Position numbers and translations under genes: made by a program | Origin: an uncultured Methylococcaceae bacterium | GTDB lineage: Bacteria > Pseudomonadota > Gammaproteobacteria > Methylococcales > Methylomonadaceae | DNA length: 64,000 nt | Assembly: GCA_903944165.1 (NCBI GenBank) | Contig: CAJAQT010000125.1 | Coordinates: 287 to 64,286, forward strand | Direction: 5' to 3' | In this document: positions 39,977 to 50,448 of the stretch, piece after piece | Position numbering within the stretch: the stretch's first letter is position 1 | Layout: each line of letters opens with the position of its first letter | Notes under the pieces: generated by a model | Told to the model about the DNA's origin: nothing | Databases searched by the model: none | The model's input: only the letters and a program-made list of their open reading frames with translations

Positions 39977-40894
39977 CTATTTTTTAAAACGATTTAATTT
40001 ACTTTCTGCCTGCCTATAATCTTCTACTGCTTGCTCAAAGTGGTAAATGGTTTTATCAAAAACTAATGAAGAGGCTTTAAAAGAATTGCGCAATTTAGGT
40101 AAAGTGCTTGTTGAGCTTAAAGCACTTTTATCTAACTCCTCGTCTAGCTCTTCCAAATCTAATGATTGACTCCCCTCACCATCAGAAGATAAATTTCTCC
40201 GCCATTGCAAGAAAGATTCTCTAGTAAATAAATAGGGATCTAGCGCCGCTTCATCAATAAATTTTAATGCCCCTTCTGCATTAGCACGAGCATTTAAAAT
40301 AGACAGCAATTGTATTGGTGCCCCAACATAGCTTGTAGGATTTGTTGCAGTATCAAATACCGCGCCTGGAACTCCGCGTAACGTGAGTGGCCCTACAATT
40401 GGCAAGACTAAATACGGTCCCTCTGGAACACCCCACACAGCTAGTGTTTGATCAAAATCTTCATCATTTTGCTCAAAACCCAAATCTTTAGCTACATCAA
40501 ATATACCTAATAAGCCTAAACTTGTATTGACAGCTAACCGACCTGAATCTTTAGCACTCTGATTAAATTTCGCCTGTAACACATCATTGAAAATAACATT
40601 AAAATTTCTTAAATTAGTATAGAAATTAAAAATACTGTTTTTAACAAACTGAGGCGCGATGTACTGATAAGCATTTGAAATAGGCTCAGCCAAGTATTCA
40701 TCAAGATAATCATTAAAGACAAATACTTTTCTATTAATCTTCTCATAGGGATCACTCTTTTTAACTGTGGGTGTGTGCTCCAAAACAGGCTGAGACGCGC
40801 ACCCACTGATCACGACAAATAGCAAGGATAAAAAATAGAAAACTCTTTTTTTACCTGCCCAAAGAGCAAACAAGTTTAATAAGTAAGCTGCCAT
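39977..40894 (-). CDS. mlaA: MlaA/VacJ family lipoprotein
   Basis: Lipobox ISG-C, DPYEKINRKVF, NTSLGLLGIFD, EDFDQTLAVWG, GPYLVLP. Confidence 0.9.
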   Translation of the reverse strand: MAAYLLNLFALWAGKKRVFYFLSLLFVVISGCASQPVLEHTPTVKKSDPYEKINRKVFVFNDYLDEYLAEPISNAYQYIAPQFVKNSIFNFYTNLRNFNVIFNDVLQAKFNQSAKDSGRLAVNTSLGLLGIFDVAKDLGFEQNDEDFDQTLAVWGVPEGPYLVLPIVGPLTLRGVPGAVFDTATNPTSYVGAPIQLLSILNARANAEGALKFIDEAALDPYLFTRESFLQWRRNLSSDGEGSQSLDLEELDEELDKSALSSTSTLPKLRNSFKASSLVFDKTIYHFEQAVEDYRQAESKLNRFKK

Positions 40895-40906
40895 AACTAG
40901 GATTTG

Positions 40907-41521
40907 TTATTGTTTAGAATAAATAGTAATCTTTTCATTAATCTTAGCTATTAAAGCATCAAAGCCTTCATGTTGCAAAATGTTGGTGTATTCAGAGCGC
41001 TTTACAGCCAGATCACTTACCCCATTAGCAATAATATTGATGACCTTCCAATGACCCGCTATTTCTTTGAGATTGTAGTCAAATTTAACTGCTTTATCGT
41101 TAGGAATGACTAAATGAGAATGTACAACAACTCCACCTCTTGCCGTTTCCTCCTCCGAATCAAAAACAAAACTTTCACCTGAATATTCTTTAAAATTATG
41201 AGCATAAGAAGCAACGCTATACTTACTAAAGGTAGCCACCAAGATCTCTTGTTGCTCTTTTGACAAACCTTCCCATTCTTTACCCACCACAATACGCACT
41301 ATCTTAGTTAAATCATGACTATCTGAAACAGGTGCATAAAGTGCCTCATAACGTCCCGAATATCCAATCTGCTTACCCTTTTTCATAGCAGCAAGCAATT
41401 GCGACTGAAAGCCCTCAACAACTTGACGAGCAGTTAGCGGTTCTTGAGCCGAAACAGCAAAAACAACCAAACATAATACACATAAAACCAAATACTTAAT
41501 TTTAGTTAAAAACATCATCAT
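40907..41521 (-). CDS. hpnM: Hopanoid transport periplasmic protein HpnM (MlaC/Ttg2D family)
   Basis: Signal peptide, W.VINIIANGVSDLAVKRSEY; next to hpnH. Confidence 0.85.
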   Translation of the reverse strand: MMMFLTKIKYLVLCVLCLVVFAVSAQEPLTARQVVEGFQSQLLAAMKKGKQIGYSGRYEALYAPVSDSHDLTKIVRIVVGKEWEGLSKEQQEILVATFSKYSVASYAHNFKEYSGESFVFDSEEETARGGVVVHSHLVIPNDKAVKFDYNLKEIAGHWKVINIIANGVSDLAVKRSEYTNILQHEGFDALIAKINEKITIYSKQ

Positions 41522-41529
41522 TCCTTAAA

Positions 41530-42654
41530 TTAAATCGATTCACTCTGTAATTTTTCAATGACCTCGACGTGAACAGGAATTTTGGATAAAGATGATGACG
41601 ATACGGCCTCTTCAAAACATGATTCAGGCACCATCTCACCCTCAGTTTTAATACCTTTTAAAGATAACAACAAGGCTTTAAAGGGGTTTTTTAACATATC
41701 CTCAACGGCAGTAGCTTCATAGCCACAATGTGCCATACAACTTGCACATTTTGGGTTACTATTATTTCCATATTTTTCCCAAGGAGTCGTTTCTAATAAC
41801 TCATTAAAACTTGCCGCATTACCTTCATCGGCTAATAAATAACACGGTTTTTGCCACCCAAATACATTTCGCGTTGGATTACCCCAAGGCGTACACTCAT
41901 AATTTTGATTACCTGCCAAAAAATCAAGATAAAGCGAGGAATGATTTAAACTCCATTTACGTTGCTTGCCAATCTTAAAAATACCTCTAAATAACTCCTT
42001 AACATCACGACCTTTAATAAATACATCTTGTTGCGGTGCGCGCTCATAACTAAAGCCTGGCGCAATAGTGACACCTTCAACACCCAAATCGGTAACATAA
42101 TCTAAAAACTCAGCAACTTCATGGGCATTTTCGCCTTGAAATAATGTGCAATTTACTGTCACCCTAAAGCCTTTAGCTAAGGCCAGTTTTATGGCTTCCA
42201 CGGCACGCTCAAAAACCCCCTCCTGACATACAGAAGTGTCGTGCCGCTCTTGCATGCCATCCAAATGAATTGAAAACGTTAAATAAGGAGAAGGCTTATA
42301 ATCATCAATACGTTTTTTCAACAACAATGCGTTAGTACACAAATACACGTATTTTTTTCTAGCAATAATACCGGCAACAATTTGCGGCATCTCTTTATGA
42401 ATTAATGGCTCACCTCCAGGAATAGAAACCATTGGCGCATTACATTCATCAACAGCCTGCATACATTCCTCAAAAGATAATCTTTTATCCAAAATATCAT
42501 CTGGATAATCAATTTTACCGCATCCTGCACAAGCTAAATTACAGCGAAAAAGAGGCTCTAACATCAACACCAAGGGATATTTTTTAACGCCTTTTAGTTT
42601 TTGTTTAATCAGATAACTGCCAACAGTCAATTGTTGACGCAAAGGAACACCCAT
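41530..42654 (-). CDS. hpnH: Adenosyl-hopene transferase (radical SAM)
   Basis: PLVLMLEPLFRCNLACAGC (CxxxCxxC), CTPWGNPT, QKPCYLL, CMAHCGYE; start MGVP at 42654 after a GGAGG RBS. Confidence 0.96.
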   Translation of the reverse strand: MGVPLRQQLTVGSYLIKQKLKGVKKYPLVLMLEPLFRCNLACAGCGKIDYPDDILDKRLSFEECMQAVDECNAPMVSIPGGEPLIHKEMPQIVAGIIARKKYVYLCTNALLLKKRIDDYKPSPYLTFSIHLDGMQERHDTSVCQEGVFERAVEAIKLALAKGFRVTVNCTLFQGENAHEVAEFLDYVTDLGVEGVTIAPGFSYERAPQQDVFIKGRDVKELFRGIFKIGKQRKWSLNHSSLYLDFLAGNQNYECTPWGNPTRNVFGWQKPCYLLADEGNAASFNELLETTPWEKYGNNSNPKCASCMAHCGYEATAVEDMLKNPFKALLLSLKGIKTEGEMVPESCFEEAVSSSSLSKIPVHVEVIEKLQSESI

Positions 42655-43116
42655 AAAACCTCCAAAATGATTATTTATCGACAAAGATAAACTGAGAATA
42701 AAATTATTCATAATAATAAGCTTGTAGCAATAAAACAACAACAAATTACCACGTCACAACAACAAATAAATAGGCTTTACGCTTGGGCAACTCATAAAAC
42801 ACGATAAACTGATAAAAATATTACAAAAATCACCTCAGCTAGAGGACATAACAATGCCATGTGCAGCGCAATGAATCAAACACGCCAATTGCCCAATTAA
42901 TTCCCTTAAATACAACAAGACCAACACCAGTAAATATTAAGATCCCTAGCGCACTCGACAGACCTTCGCTTAAGTAATGCAGCGCATTTACCTAAAAATC
43001 AACATTTCTAAACTTACCCATAAATTAGCTTTAAAACAACATTGCTTTGCAAAATACCAACAAACAGTCTATTATTTAGGGAAATAATCAAGACAATTTA
43101 AGTAAATATCGAGCGT

Positions 43117-44235
43117 ATGGAAAAGTTTGCAATTGACTTAGAAAATCCAAAATCACTAAATCAACTTTCAGATAACGATTTTCAATTAGCCTTATTGGAA
43201 GGCGTATCCAGAACCTTTGCCTTAACCATTCCTCAACTACCCCCTGAATTATTCGCTCCGGTAGCAAATGCATATTTGCTATGCAGGATTGTCGACACAA
43301 TTGAAGACGAAGTGTCATTATCAGCGCGTCAAAAAGAGTATTTTTGCACCGAATTTACTACGATTGTCACGACGGGTGAAAACACGGAATTATTTGCCAT
43401 AGAACTTGCTCCTTTATTATCAAATCAAACAATCGCAGCAGAACATACGCTGATACATGTTTTACCACGCGTAATTCAAATCACCCATACTTTTGCGCCC
43501 GAACAGATTGCAGCCTTATCAATATGCGTAGCAACAATGGCAAAAGGCATGCCTGCTTATCAATCAATGGAATTAAAAAAGGGCTTAGCAAGCCTTAAAG
43601 ACCTTGATTTATATTGCTACTACGTCGCTGGGTGCGTTGGCGAAATGCTAACTGAATTATTCTGTTTTTACTCCTCAGACATTGCCAAACACCGCAATCA
43701 AATGCTGGCGCTTTCAGTATCTTTTGGACAGGGCTTACAAATGACGAATATTTTAAAAGATATTGCAGATGATGCTCAACGTGGTGTTTGTTGGCTGCCA
43801 CAAGACATCTTTACTGAAGTTGGCTTTGATCTAGGATCTCCAGAGTTTGATAAAAACTCAGCTCAATACCGCGCTGGCGTAAAAAAGTTAATTGCCATAG
43901 CGCAGGGTCACTTAAGCAACGCGCTAAAGTACACGCAACTATTACCAAAAAATGAACCTGGAATTCGTAATTTCTGCCTATGGGCCGTAGGCATGGCTAT
44001 TTTGACTCTTAGAAATGTACAAAAAAACACAACAAGTAAAGCAGAAACGCCAATCAAAATTAGCCGAGATGATGTTAAAAAAACCATTTTTATCACAAAC
44101 TTATTCAACAAAAACAATACTATGCTGGATTTGATTTTTAATTTAGCAAGCTTGGGCTTAACATCATCCAAAAAATCAGCCCAACCTATGTCAACTCAAC
44201 CCAATTTTACAAAGTTTCTACATTTAAAAAAATAA
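43117..44235 (+). CDS. sqs: Squalene synthase (single-enzyme head-to-head prenyltransferase)
   Basis: VSRTFAL, YLLCRIVDTIED, YCYYVAGCVG, GLQMTNILKD. Confidence 0.85.
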   Translation: MEKFAIDLENPKSLNQLSDNDFQLALLEGVSRTFALTIPQLPPELFAPVANAYLLCRIVDTIEDEVSLSARQKEYFCTEFTTIVTTGENTELFAIELAPLLSNQTIAAEHTLIHVLPRVIQITHTFAPEQIAALSICVATMAKGMPAYQSMELKKGLASLKDLDLYCYYVAGCVGEMLTELFCFYSSDIAKHRNQMLALSVSFGQGLQMTNILKDIADDAQRGVCWLPQDIFTEVGFDLGSPEFDKNSAQYRAGVKKLIAIAQGHLSNALKYTQLLPKNEPGIRNFCLWAVGMAILTLRNVQKNTTSKAETPIKISRDDVKKTIFITNLFNKNNTMLDLIFNLASLGLTSSKKSAQPMSTQPNFTKFLHLKK

Positions 44236-44274
44236 GAAGCCAGCATAAATCAACTATTTTTTTAAGGACTCATT

Positions 44275-46242
44275 ATGTTTACTGATGCCAATCAACATTC
44301 TAATGTACGCTTCACCGCAAGCGCATCCGCTGCAATCCTATCAAATGCTAATAACTTAGATAATGCTATTGAGAGCGCAAAAAATCAGTTACTACAGCTT
44401 CAAGACAAGCAAGGATATTGGTTATTTGAGCTCGAAGCGGACTGCACCATCCCTGCAGAATACATTCTAATGATGCATTATCTTGATGATATTGATCATA
44501 CTTTACAGGCAAAAATGGCGACCTACTTAAGGTCTCGTCAATCAGAAGATGGCAGTTACCCTTTATTTACAGGCGGACAAGGTGACATTAGCTGCAGCGT
44601 TAAGGTTTATTATGCATTGAAATTATCAGGTGACGACAGCAATGCGCCACACATGCAAATACTTAGAAAATTTATTCTTAAGCAAGGTGGCGCGGCAAAA
44701 GCCAATGTGTTTACTCGGATTGCATTAGCTATTTTTGGTCAATTGCCTTGGCGCGGCGTACCCTATATTCCTGTTGAAATCATGCTCCTACCCTCATGGT
44801 TTCCCTTCCATTTAGAAAAAGTATCTTATTGGTCAAGAACGGTAATGGTACCTCTTTTTATTTTGTGCACCTTGCAAGCTAAGGCTAAAAACCCATTAAA
44901 TATTAATGTTCTGGAGCTTTTTGTCACGCACCCAGATAAAGAACAACATTATTTCCCCAACAGAACATTATTAAATAAAATTTTCTTAGGTCTTGATAAC
45001 GTTGGACGAACACTCGAACCCTTCATTCCTTCAGCCATTAGAAACAAAGCACTTAAAAAAGCCGAGTTGTGGTTTGTAGAAAGGCTTAATGGCGAAGATG
45101 GCTTAGGGGGGATTTTTCCAGCAATGGTAAATGCCTATGAATCCTTGCTTATATTAGGCTACGATAAAGATCATGAATTAGTGATCACTGCGCGTAAAGC
45201 AATCGAAAAACTATTAGTTATCAATGAAGACGACGCGTATTGCCAGCCCTGTTTATCACCTATTTGGGATACCGCACTCACCGCATTAGCATTACAAGAA
45301 GTTGACAAGCTTGCACCTCAAGCACCTATTCAACACAGCCTAGAATTAGCTTACCAATGGCTAAAGTCTAAACAACTCACTGACGAACCAGGAGATTGGC
45401 AAGTAAAAAATCCTAACTTAGCAGGTGGTGGCTGGGCGTTTCAATTTGCTAACCCTCATTATCCAGATGTAGATGATACTGCGGTTGTAGCCTTTGCAAT
45501 GGCTGATTCTTGCTTAACCAATTTAAACGAATCAATTGCTAGAGCAACTACATGGATTGCTGGCATGCAATCTGATAATGGCGGTTATGGTGCATTTGAT
45601 ATCAACAATACCTGTTACTATTTAAATGAAATTCCTTTTGCAGACCATGGCGCCTTACTTGACCCACCCACTGCTGATGTCAGCGCGCGATGCGCTATGT
45701 TGTTAGCTAAAATCTGCACCACCAATGACAAATATTTACCTGAATTAACACGCACACTTAACTATTTGCGCAAAGAGCAAGAAGAAGATGGCTCGTGGTT
45801 TGGGCGCTGGGGCACAAACTATATTTATGGTACATGGTCGGTACTTATTGCTTTAGAACAAACTAACACACCCACGACAGATTCAGTTTTTATCAAGGCT
45901 GCTCAATGGTTAAAAAGTATTCAACGCCCTGATGGCGGCTGGGGAGAAGATAACTTCAGCTATCATGACACTACGACTAAAGGACGTTACCACTTCAGCA
46001 CCTCCTTCCAAACCGCCTGGGCCGTGTTGGGCTTAATTGCCGCTGGCGAAGCACATTCAGCAGAAGTAAAGGCAGGTATAGAATTTATTTTACGTCACCA
46101 ACAAACCGATGGCTTTTGGAATGATAAATGTTTTACTGCACCCGGCTTCCCAAAGGTTTTTTATTTGAAATATCATGGCTATGATAAGTTCTTTCCATTA
46201 TGGGCTTTAGCTAGATATCGTAATGAGATTCGTCAATCGTGA
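44275..46242 (+). CDS. shc: Squalene-hopene cyclase
   Basis: DVDDTA (DxDDTA hopene-type motif), QW repeats, WFGRWGTNYIYGT, FTAPGFPKVFYLKY. Confidence 0.98.
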   Translation: MFTDANQHSNVRFTASASAAILSNANNLDNAIESAKNQLLQLQDKQGYWLFELEADCTIPAEYILMMHYLDDIDHTLQAKMATYLRSRQSEDGSYPLFTGGQGDISCSVKVYYALKLSGDDSNAPHMQILRKFILKQGGAAKANVFTRIALAIFGQLPWRGVPYIPVEIMLLPSWFPFHLEKVSYWSRTVMVPLFILCTLQAKAKNPLNINVLELFVTHPDKEQHYFPNRTLLNKIFLGLDNVGRTLEPFIPSAIRNKALKKAELWFVERLNGEDGLGGIFPAMVNAYESLLILGYDKDHELVITARKAIEKLLVINEDDAYCQPCLSPIWDTALTALALQEVDKLAPQAPIQHSLELAYQWLKSKQLTDEPGDWQVKNPNLAGGGWAFQFANPHYPDVDDTAVVAFAMADSCLTNLNESIARATTWIAGMQSDNGGYGAFDINNTCYYLNEIPFADHGALLDPPTADVSARCAMLLAKICTTNDKYLPELTRTLNYLRKEQEEDGSWFGRWGTNYIYGTWSVLIALEQTNTPTTDSVFIKAAQWLKSIQRPDGGWGEDNFSYHDTTTKGRYHFSTSFQTAWAVLGLIAAGEAHSAEVKAGIEFILRHQQTDGFWNDKCFTAPGFPKVFYLKYHGYDKFFPLWALARYRNEIRQS

Positions 46243-46946
46243 TTACTGGCATTATCGTTGCGCTACCAGATGAGCTAACAACGCTTACATCCAAACGTAT
46301 TGACCGCGGTCATTGCGTTTTTATTGCAGATAAAATACTTGTAGCCTACTCTGGCGCAGGCGCAGCAAATGCTCAACTTTCTGCTGCATTATTAATCAGT
46401 AAAGGCGCAAGTCAATTAATTAGTTGGGGGTGTGCGGCCGCGTTAGATGATGCATTAAAGCCAGGTGATCTTGTGATAGCAGAGCGCTTAATTACTCGAG
46501 ATGATGAATATATCGAAGTAAATCATCGTTGGCATACCCATGCACACAGCTTATTAAGCCCGTTACTTACAACATTTATCGGTGACTTAACTGAAAGCGA
46601 GAGCATTGTTTCATCTAACAAAGAAAAACAGCATCTACACACAATAACCCAAGCCATTGCTCTTGACATGGAAAGTGCGGCAATAGCAAAAGCCGCAAAA
46701 GAAAAAAATCTACCTTTTTTAACGATTCGCGTCATTGTTGACCCTGCCAACATGAACATGCCCGCAGCCATAAGCTACGCCATTGATGATCATGGCGAAA
46801 TCAGCCTAAAAAAGCTAGCTCTCTTTATCGTCTTACATCCTAATGAATTAATTGATTTAATCCGTTTGGGTTTTTATTTTAATGCAGCAAAATCATCACT
46901 TAAACAGATTGCTAAAAAAATTGACTCTTTAAGTCATTTTCAATGA
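46239..46946 (+). CDS. hpnG: Adenosylhopane nucleosidase (PNP/UDP phosphorylase family)
   Basis: ISWGCAAAL, ALDMESAAIA, RVIVD; GTG start overlaps the shc stop. Confidence 0.85.
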   Translation: MITGIIVALPDELTTLTSKRIDRGHCVFIADKILVAYSGAGAANAQLSAALLISKGASQLISWGCAAALDDALKPGDLVIAERLITRDDEYIEVNHRWHTHAHSLLSPLLTTFIGDLTESESIVSSNKEKQHLHTITQAIALDMESAAIAKAAKEKNLPFLTIRVIVDPANMNMPAAISYAIDDHGEISLKKLALFIVLHPNELIDLIRLGFYFNAAKSSLKQIAKKIDSLSHFQ

Positions 46947-47004
46947 ATCATAAGCCATAATTTCTATTCTTTAAACCAGACCTATTAGCTATCAAAGATA
47001 TACC

Positions 47005-48393
47005 ATGACTTTCAGTATCTCCGAGCTTTTCAATAAGCATAATTCAGAAAAATTTGATCTACACGAAGAGCACCTTAATAACCAAATGGTTAGGGTGTTA
47101 AAAACAATAGGCTATGATCGCTGTTATGATAGAGCCATTGGACAATATTTGTATGATCAACAAGGAAATGAATATTTAGATTTATTGAGTGGCTTTGGTG
47201 TATTCGCCATTGGACGCAATCATCCAACCGTGATAGCGGCATTAAAAGAAACGCTCACCTTAGAATTACCTAATCTAGTACAGCTAGACGTATCGGTACT
47301 GAGCGGCTTACTTGCTAAAGAATTACTTAAAACAACACCTGAAAACATTACTAAAATGTTTTTTTGTAATTCTGGAACTGAAGCCGTTGAAGCCGCTATA
47401 AAATTTGCGCGTTACACCACAAAAAGAGAAAAAATTGTCTTTTGTGAGCACGGCTATCATGGCTTAACTATGGGCGCATTATCTTTAAATGGTGAACATA
47501 TTTTTAGAGAAGGCTTTGGTCCATTGCTACCAGGATGTAGTGCCGTGCCCTTTAATGATCTTGCTGCATTAGAAGCAGCGCTTGAAAATAAAGATGTGGC
47601 TGCGTTTATCGTTGAACCTATTCAAGGAAAAGGAGTAAATCTTCCTGATGAAAACTACCTCCCCGAAGTAGAGCGGTTATGCAAAAAATACGGCACCTTG
47701 TTTGTTGCGGATGAAGTTCAAACAGGTTTAGGCCGAACAGGAAAGTTTTGGGCAATTGATCATTGGCATGTAAAACCCGACATGATTTGTATGGCAAAAG
47801 CCTTATCTGGTGGTTTTGTGCCTATTGGCGGTGTCGCGATCACTCAAAAAATAATGGATACTGTTTACAATCGCATGGATAGAGCTGTTGTGCACGGGTC
47901 AACGTTCTCAAAAAACAATATGGCTATGGCCGCAGGTTTAGCCACCTTGCATGTTTTAGAAGAAGAGAAGTTAGTTGAAAACAGCGCGAAAATAGGTAAC
48001 GAGATTATTCAAAGTCTGCATGCTTTAGCGGGCAAATATGAATTCCTAAAAGAGGTTCGCGGCAAAGGCATGATGATTGCGATAGAATTTCAAGCACCTA
48101 GAAGCATGACATTAAAAGCCGCGTGGGCAATGCTTGAAGCAGCAAATAAAGGATTATTTTGCCAAATGATCACTATTCCATTATTTAAAGATCATCATAT
48201 TCTTACTCAAGTTGCTGGGCATGGCATGAATGTCGTTAAATTACTCCCCCCGCTCAATTTAACCACAAAAGATCGCGACCATATTGTCACTGCCATGGAT
48301 AAAACCATACACGAAACCCATCAAATACCTGGCTCTATCTGGGATCTAGGAAAAAATCTCGCCAGCCACGCACTGAAAAACAAAAAAGGATAA
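47005..48393 (+). CDS. hpnO: Aminobacteriohopanetriol aminotransferase (class III, PLP)
   Basis: LDLLSGFGVF, NSGTEAVE, EPIQGKG, DEVQTGLGRTG, AKALSGG; hopanoid context. Confidence 0.9.
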   Translation: MTFSISELFNKHNSEKFDLHEEHLNNQMVRVLKTIGYDRCYDRAIGQYLYDQQGNEYLDLLSGFGVFAIGRNHPTVIAALKETLTLELPNLVQLDVSVLSGLLAKELLKTTPENITKMFFCNSGTEAVEAAIKFARYTTKREKIVFCEHGYHGLTMGALSLNGEHIFREGFGPLLPGCSAVPFNDLAALEAALENKDVAAFIVEPIQGKGVNLPDENYLPEVERLCKKYGTLFVADEVQTGLGRTGKFWAIDHWHVKPDMICMAKALSGGFVPIGGVAITQKIMDTVYNRMDRAVVHGSTFSKNNMAMAAGLATLHVLEEEKLVENSAKIGNEIIQSLHALAGKYEFLKEVRGKGMMIAIEFQAPRSMTLKAAWAMLEAANKGLFCQMITIPLFKDHHILTQVAGHGMNVVKLLPPLNLTTKDRDHIVTAMDKTIHETHQIPGSIWDLGKNLASHALKNKKG

Positions 48394-48396
48394 GTT

Positions 48397-48753
48397 ATGC
48401 GCACTCAACATCTCTTACTCAGCTTATTGTTAATGCTTGCTTGCCAAAAAAATCTTCATGCTCATGCCGTCGTCACCGAACATTCTTTTGCTTCCACCAA
48501 AATCCACGCCAATCATGAAAACCAAGTAAATCTTGATTTTAATTCAAAAATTGAAATAGGCTTATCTGAAATTTTTTTAGTCAGCAAAGGCGATACGTAT
48601 ACATTATTACCTATTTCTAAAGGTAAAAAACAAGGGCAAATGTTAATCCATATACCTGCATTAGCATTAGGTGAATACGCTATTAAGCTTAAAGTGTTTG
48701 CTGCTGATGGTCATTTAACTGAAGACGTTATTTATTTTTCCGTTATTCCTTAG
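48397..48753 (+). CDS. copC: CopC-family periplasmic copper-binding protein
   Basis: Signal ending LHA leaves His1 (HAVV); C-terminal DGH motif; no Met-rich Cu(I) loop. Confidence 0.8.
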   Translation: MRTQHLLLSLLLMLACQKNLHAHAVVTEHSFASTKIHANHENQVNLDFNSKIEIGLSEIFLVSKGDTYTLLPISKGKKQGQMLIHIPALALGEYAIKLKVFAADGHLTEDVIYFSVIP

Positions 48754-48762
48754 GATATTTGC

Positions 48763-50433
48763 ATGGCCGGCATTGCTGATTTTCTTGATTCCTTAATAGG
48801 TGGCTTTTCACTTATTTGCTTTGCACTCGCAATAGGTAGCTTATTTTGGGGATTATTTATTTTACAACCTTGGCAAAAAGAGACTGACTTACCGCCAATG
48901 TTGCTAGATAAAACCCTATACTTACTGCGCTTAGGCGGCGTTGCATTGGCTTGCACCCAAATTTTTAAAATAATTTTAAAAATTTGGTTAATGAGCGCTG
49001 TTCTTAATCACTCACCATTTCCTGAATTTGCAGACACAACGCAATTTATCGGAGGCGTAGTACGCACTTTATTAACCGTTATTTTTACAGCTTATTGCAC
49101 TTTAGTTTTAGCAAAAAAACCGTTTTCCAAAGATTACTGGTACGGGGCGGCATGGCTAGCCATGCCCATGATTATTTCAGGCGCATGGCTAGTTCATGCT
49201 GCGGGGCGTTTTGATAATCCTTATATTCTTATGGGGCTTACCGTTATTCACCAACTTGGCGCTGCGGCATGGGTCGGTGGCGTTTTCCATTTAGTTCATA
49301 TTTGGGTATTAACAAAACAACAGACAATCCCGTCCACACTTTGGCCCAAATTATTAAAACGCTTCTCTCTTTTTGGCTTAAGTTCGGTGGGGGTCATTTT
49401 ATTAACTGGCTTACCAATGGGCTTGCAGTATATTGACAGCTGGAATGGATTTATTGGTACGGGTTATGGAAACTTATTAACTGTAAAAATCATTCTTCTC
49501 GGACTGGCGTTAGGTCTTGCGTGGCTCAATAAATCAACTGTACACGTATATTTTTTAACGGGTAATGATCACGGTTTAAACAATCGCTTACCTTATTATC
49601 TTGAAGCAGAAGCGTTTGTCTTAATTACTTTATTATTTACCGCAGCAAGTTTGGCATCACAACCGCCTGCAATTGATATTCCCCATCTGACTGCGACATG
49701 GCAAGAGGTCGTCACGATGTTTGCTCCTCAATGGCCAAGCATAACCTCACCGTCACACCAAGATTTAATTGCTGGCGAAGCGGGTCGTGTAGCTATTATT
49801 GGCCAAACACCTTCTGAAGCAGCAACGGCTTGGTCAAATTATAATCATAATATCGCCGGTATTTTTCTCACTATCATGAGTTTTTTTGCCATGCTTTCTT
49901 ATGTTAAGCAACGACCACGTAATACCTCAGCAGCGCTTGAAACGTTCTTCTTAGGGATTACACGATATTGGCCAATGGGATTTGTTACACTTGGCGTTTT
50001 CTTATTTTTCCGCAGCGATGCAGAAACGTGGCCTCTTGGACCCATTGGTTTTTGGGAAAGCACCTTTAATAATGGCGAAGTTTTACAACATCGAATTGCA
50101 ACATTACTGGTCTTTTCATTAGGCGTAATTGAGCTATTTGCTCGACTACCCAAATATCAAAACAGTCAACTCCCTTATTTTTTTCCTATCTTAGCTGCTT
50201 TTGGCGGACTCATGTTATTAACCCATTCCCATATTGGATTTCAGGCTAAAAGCGCATTTTTAATACAAGTAGGTCATACCTTAATGGGTATTTTTTCTCT
50301 GATTCTAGCCTGTGGGCGCTGGTTGGAATTGAAATTAGATCGACCAGGTAAGGATATTGCTGGCTTCATTTCTGTAGCCGCCCTGTTTCAAATTGGACTT
50401 ATTTTAATGTTCTATCGTGAACCCCTTTATTAA
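48763..50433 (+). CDS. copD: CopD-family inner-membrane protein with an additional His-rich multi-TM C-terminal domain
   Basis: HAAG and HQLGAAAWVGG CopD signatures; 556 aa with extra TM helices carrying NHNIAG, QHRIA, THSH, GHT. Confidence 0.72.
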   Translation: MAGIADFLDSLIGGFSLICFALAIGSLFWGLFILQPWQKETDLPPMLLDKTLYLLRLGGVALACTQIFKIILKIWLMSAVLNHSPFPEFADTTQFIGGVVRTLLTVIFTAYCTLVLAKKPFSKDYWYGAAWLAMPMIISGAWLVHAAGRFDNPYILMGLTVIHQLGAAAWVGGVFHLVHIWVLTKQQTIPSTLWPKLLKRFSLFGLSSVGVILLTGLPMGLQYIDSWNGFIGTGYGNLLTVKIILLGLALGLAWLNKSTVHVYFLTGNDHGLNNRLPYYLEAEAFVLITLLFTAASLASQPPAIDIPHLTATWQEVVTMFAPQWPSITSPSHQDLIAGEAGRVAIIGQTPSEAATAWSNYNHNIAGIFLTIMSFFAMLSYVKQRPRNTSAALETFFLGITRYWPMGFVTLGVFLFFRSDAETWPLGPIGFWESTFNNGEVLQHRIATLLVFSLGVIELFARLPKYQNSQLPYFFPILAAFGGLMLLTHSHIGFQAKSAFLIQVGHTLMGIFSLILACGRWLELKLDRPGKDIAGFISVAALFQIGLILMFYREPLY

Positions 50434-50448
50434 TCAGCAGATGTCAAT

